From assembly GCF_006345805.1 (NCBI RefSeq), contig NC_043011.1, positions 34,484,464-34,548,463 on the forward strand: a stretch of 64,000 nucleotides of DNA, in the 5' to 3' direction. This stretch comes from Octopus sinensis (taxonomy: Eukaryota). The translations under genes were made by a program, and so were the position numbers. The notes beneath the pieces are model-generated. The model ran no database searches, was not told the DNA's origin, and saw nothing but the letters and a program-made list of their open reading frames with translations. Positions 61,068 through 64,000 of the stretch are shown in pieces. How positions within the stretch are numbered: position 1 is the stretch's first letter; each line of letters opens with the position of its first letter.

Positions 61068-62347
61068 CGAGGGGCGTTCAATAAGTAATGCCTCTGACCC
61101 ACTTGCAGTTGTTTGATCTAGCTGAAATTTTGCATGTGCAATTACCTATATCTCTATAGATTAAGTGGCAAATTACAGCTCTGAACTAATTGTGATTTCT
61201 GATTTACAGGTGTTTGAACTGAGTCAAGTGTGAAACGGAGCCTGTTGAGTGTCGAGCAGTGATGCGGTCTTTGTATTTGAAAGGACGCACACCACGGGAG
61301 ACTTTTGATGAAATAAAAGTAACTTATGGTGATGATGCCCCATCATATGACCTTGTAAAACGCTGGCATCGTGAATTCAAACATGGTCAGAACTTTGTGG
61401 AAACAGCTCCCAGATCTGGTCGCCCCCTTCTGCCATTGATGAGGCATCTGTCCGTCAAGTTGAGGCTGCCATTTTGAAAGATCGACGCATAACTATTCGC
61501 CAAATAGCCCATGAGGTCAAGATTAGTACCGGGTCTGTAGAAACTATCATTCATGACCATTTGCATATGCAAAAGGTGTCTGCCAGATGGTTCCCAGGCT
61601 GCTCACACCTATCCAGAAGCAAGAACGCGTCGATAGCGCGAGGATGAATTTGAAGATGTGCCAAGAAGATGAGTCAAAAATTTTCAAAAGACTGATTACA
61701 CAGGATGAAACCTGGGTCCATCACTATGATCCAGAGACCAAAGCCCAGTCAATGCAGTGGAAGCACCGTGACTCACCTCCTCCAAAGAAGGCAAGGGTGC
61801 AGCCCTCCGCTGGCAAGGTCATGCTCACAGTCTTCTGGGACCAGGACGGAGTAGTGATGACAGATTTCTTGGCAAAGGGTGCCACAATTACAGGAGTCTA
61901 TTATGCTTCACTTTTGAGGAAATTAAGAGAAGCTATCAAAATCAAGAGGCGGGGCAAGATCAGCAAAGGCATCCTCCTCCTGCAGGACAACGCTCCGATC
62001 CACAACTCGCGTGTCGCCAGATCAGAAGCACAGGCGTGCGGCTATGAACTCATCCCCCATCACCTGACCTGCACCCTCTGATTTTCACCTCTTCCCAGCC
62101 ATGAAGTTGTTTTTGAAAGGAAAGCGTTTCCCAGATGATGCAGCCTTGATTTCTGAAGTCACGTCGTGGTTGGAGGACCAAGCTGGGGTCTTCTACAAAA
62201 ACGGTCTTCAGAGCTGCATCAAACGATGGGAGAAATGCATAACTCTGGGTGGTCCCTATGTAGAAAAAGACTAATAACTGTGCCAAGTTTCGTTGCTCTA
62301 CTGCTATGGGAAGTGGGTCAGGGGCATTACTTATTGAACGCCCCTCG
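61068..62347 (+). mobile_element. Full-length mariner (irritans-like) transposon, lightly mutated
   Basis: TA|cgaggggcgttcaataagtaatgcc..gacccactt; the 37-bp TIRs have 1 mismatch and TA flanks both ends. The transposase at 61235-62274 has ACG in place of the start ATG, about 3 frameshifts, and W-VPRLL, DETW, LLQDNA and APSDFHLF motifs. Confidence 0.95.
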
Positions 62348-62650
62348 TACAATATTTATAGTTTACGGCGATTTTGCTGGGAACCAAACAGCTGTGTAAA
62401 TATCTCTCTCAACACTTATCTTTAATTTACTTGGTTCAGTTGATTTCATTAAGTTTACAGGGATATGAGAAAATACAGATGTTAGTCAAAATTAATTTAC
62501 TATATAAAACCTTTTGCTTCCCTTTTTTAACAAATTGTATCCCCCATGCATTTCAGTGAGTTTTATTTGTAGTTTCTAGTACATTTCAATGACTTTCCTT
62601 ATTTCTTCTCTCTAGCCTAGAACTTCATATTGACATACTCTAACAAGACC

Positions 62651-63092
<442 letters not shown>

Positions 63093-64000
63093 CGTTTACT
63101 TTATATTTTAGACATGAAGCTCGTCCTTTTGTGTTTAGTGTTGCTTCCCATCGTCTTCTCCGCCAGCCTCTATGATGAGGAGGTCGACAAAAGACTTTCA
63201 AGTAAGTAAAAGCAAATCCTTATATAAACATTTTGTGTATCAGAATGACAGTTATGATATTGTTGTTGTTGTTTAACCCTAGGTCAACGCTGGTCGGGCA
63301 GATTTGCCTTTTACCAAAAGTTTTTGCAGCTGTGACAAAATAATGGTCTTCTCGAATTTGCTAGTCCATCACGCTTACAATAATAATGTTTGAGACGGTA
63401 GCCTAGCAGAATCGTTAGCATGCTAAACAAAATGATTAGCGGCATTACTTCCGGGTTTATATTCTGAGTTTAAATTCTGCCGAGTTCTACTTTGCTTTTC
63501 ATCATGTTAGTGTTGATAAAATAAGTACCAGTTGAGCACGGGGCTCAATGTAATCGACTAGTCCCTTCTCCTAAAATTTCAGGCTTTTTACCAATTGTAG
63601 ATAGTATTATTACTATTATTATTCTAGTTGTCATATTTTTATTGCGTGCTTCAACTGTGCAACCAATCGCATTTCTGTATTTGTTGTAGGAAATTAGTAA
63701 TAATGGTACACCACACTCACAGGACAGATGGAATAACCTAGTCACTATAAACGAGGAGAGTACATAGTAGGCAGTCAGAGAAAGTTGTGTATAAGTGTTT
63801 TATGTTATGTTTAATAATATCGGAAAATAGAAGAACAATTTTAGAGCACATATAACGGTTCAAATAATTGTAATGGTAGACGATAATTAATTGTTATGTA
63901 AATACATGATAAAAACGGACAGTTTAAAAAGATTAATGGTAATGCATGTGATGAGAGGCGCATGCAACCATTCATAACCCCATTATTGCATAATCATCTA

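Overview
Eukaryotic, AT-rich, repeat-dense DNA. The SINE and microsatellite repertoire looks like an octopus (cephalopod) genome, which is an inference. The only host gene I can support is the 3' part of an integrin beta subunit on the + strand. It has 12 coding exons from 8805 to 43691 that splice in frame with GT-AG sites into 482 aa plus stop: end of the betaI domain, hybrid domain, four I-EGF modules, beta-tail, TM helix and a tail with two NPxY motifs. The 5' exons lie upstream of the window. Introns and the downstream region are filled with tRNA-derived SINEs, LINE fragments (RTE, CR1, L1/Tx1, R4/Dong-like), mariner, Tc1, pogo, hAT and piggyBac-type DNA transposons and MITEs, and Helitrons. 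The most unusual signal is a set of mutually unrelated, non-coding fold-back (long palindromic) elements inserted in (TA)n tracts, several carrying minimal type I hammerhead ribozyme motifs. One is a ~503-nt terminally redundant unit with an intact hammerhead and a perfect 142-bp inverted duplication. This resembles a Penelope-mobilised, retrozyme-like (circular RNA-derived) element. A tRNA-headed SINE also carries a hammerhead-like tail and the same fold-back geometry. All calls were made by eye, with no database search or folding computation.
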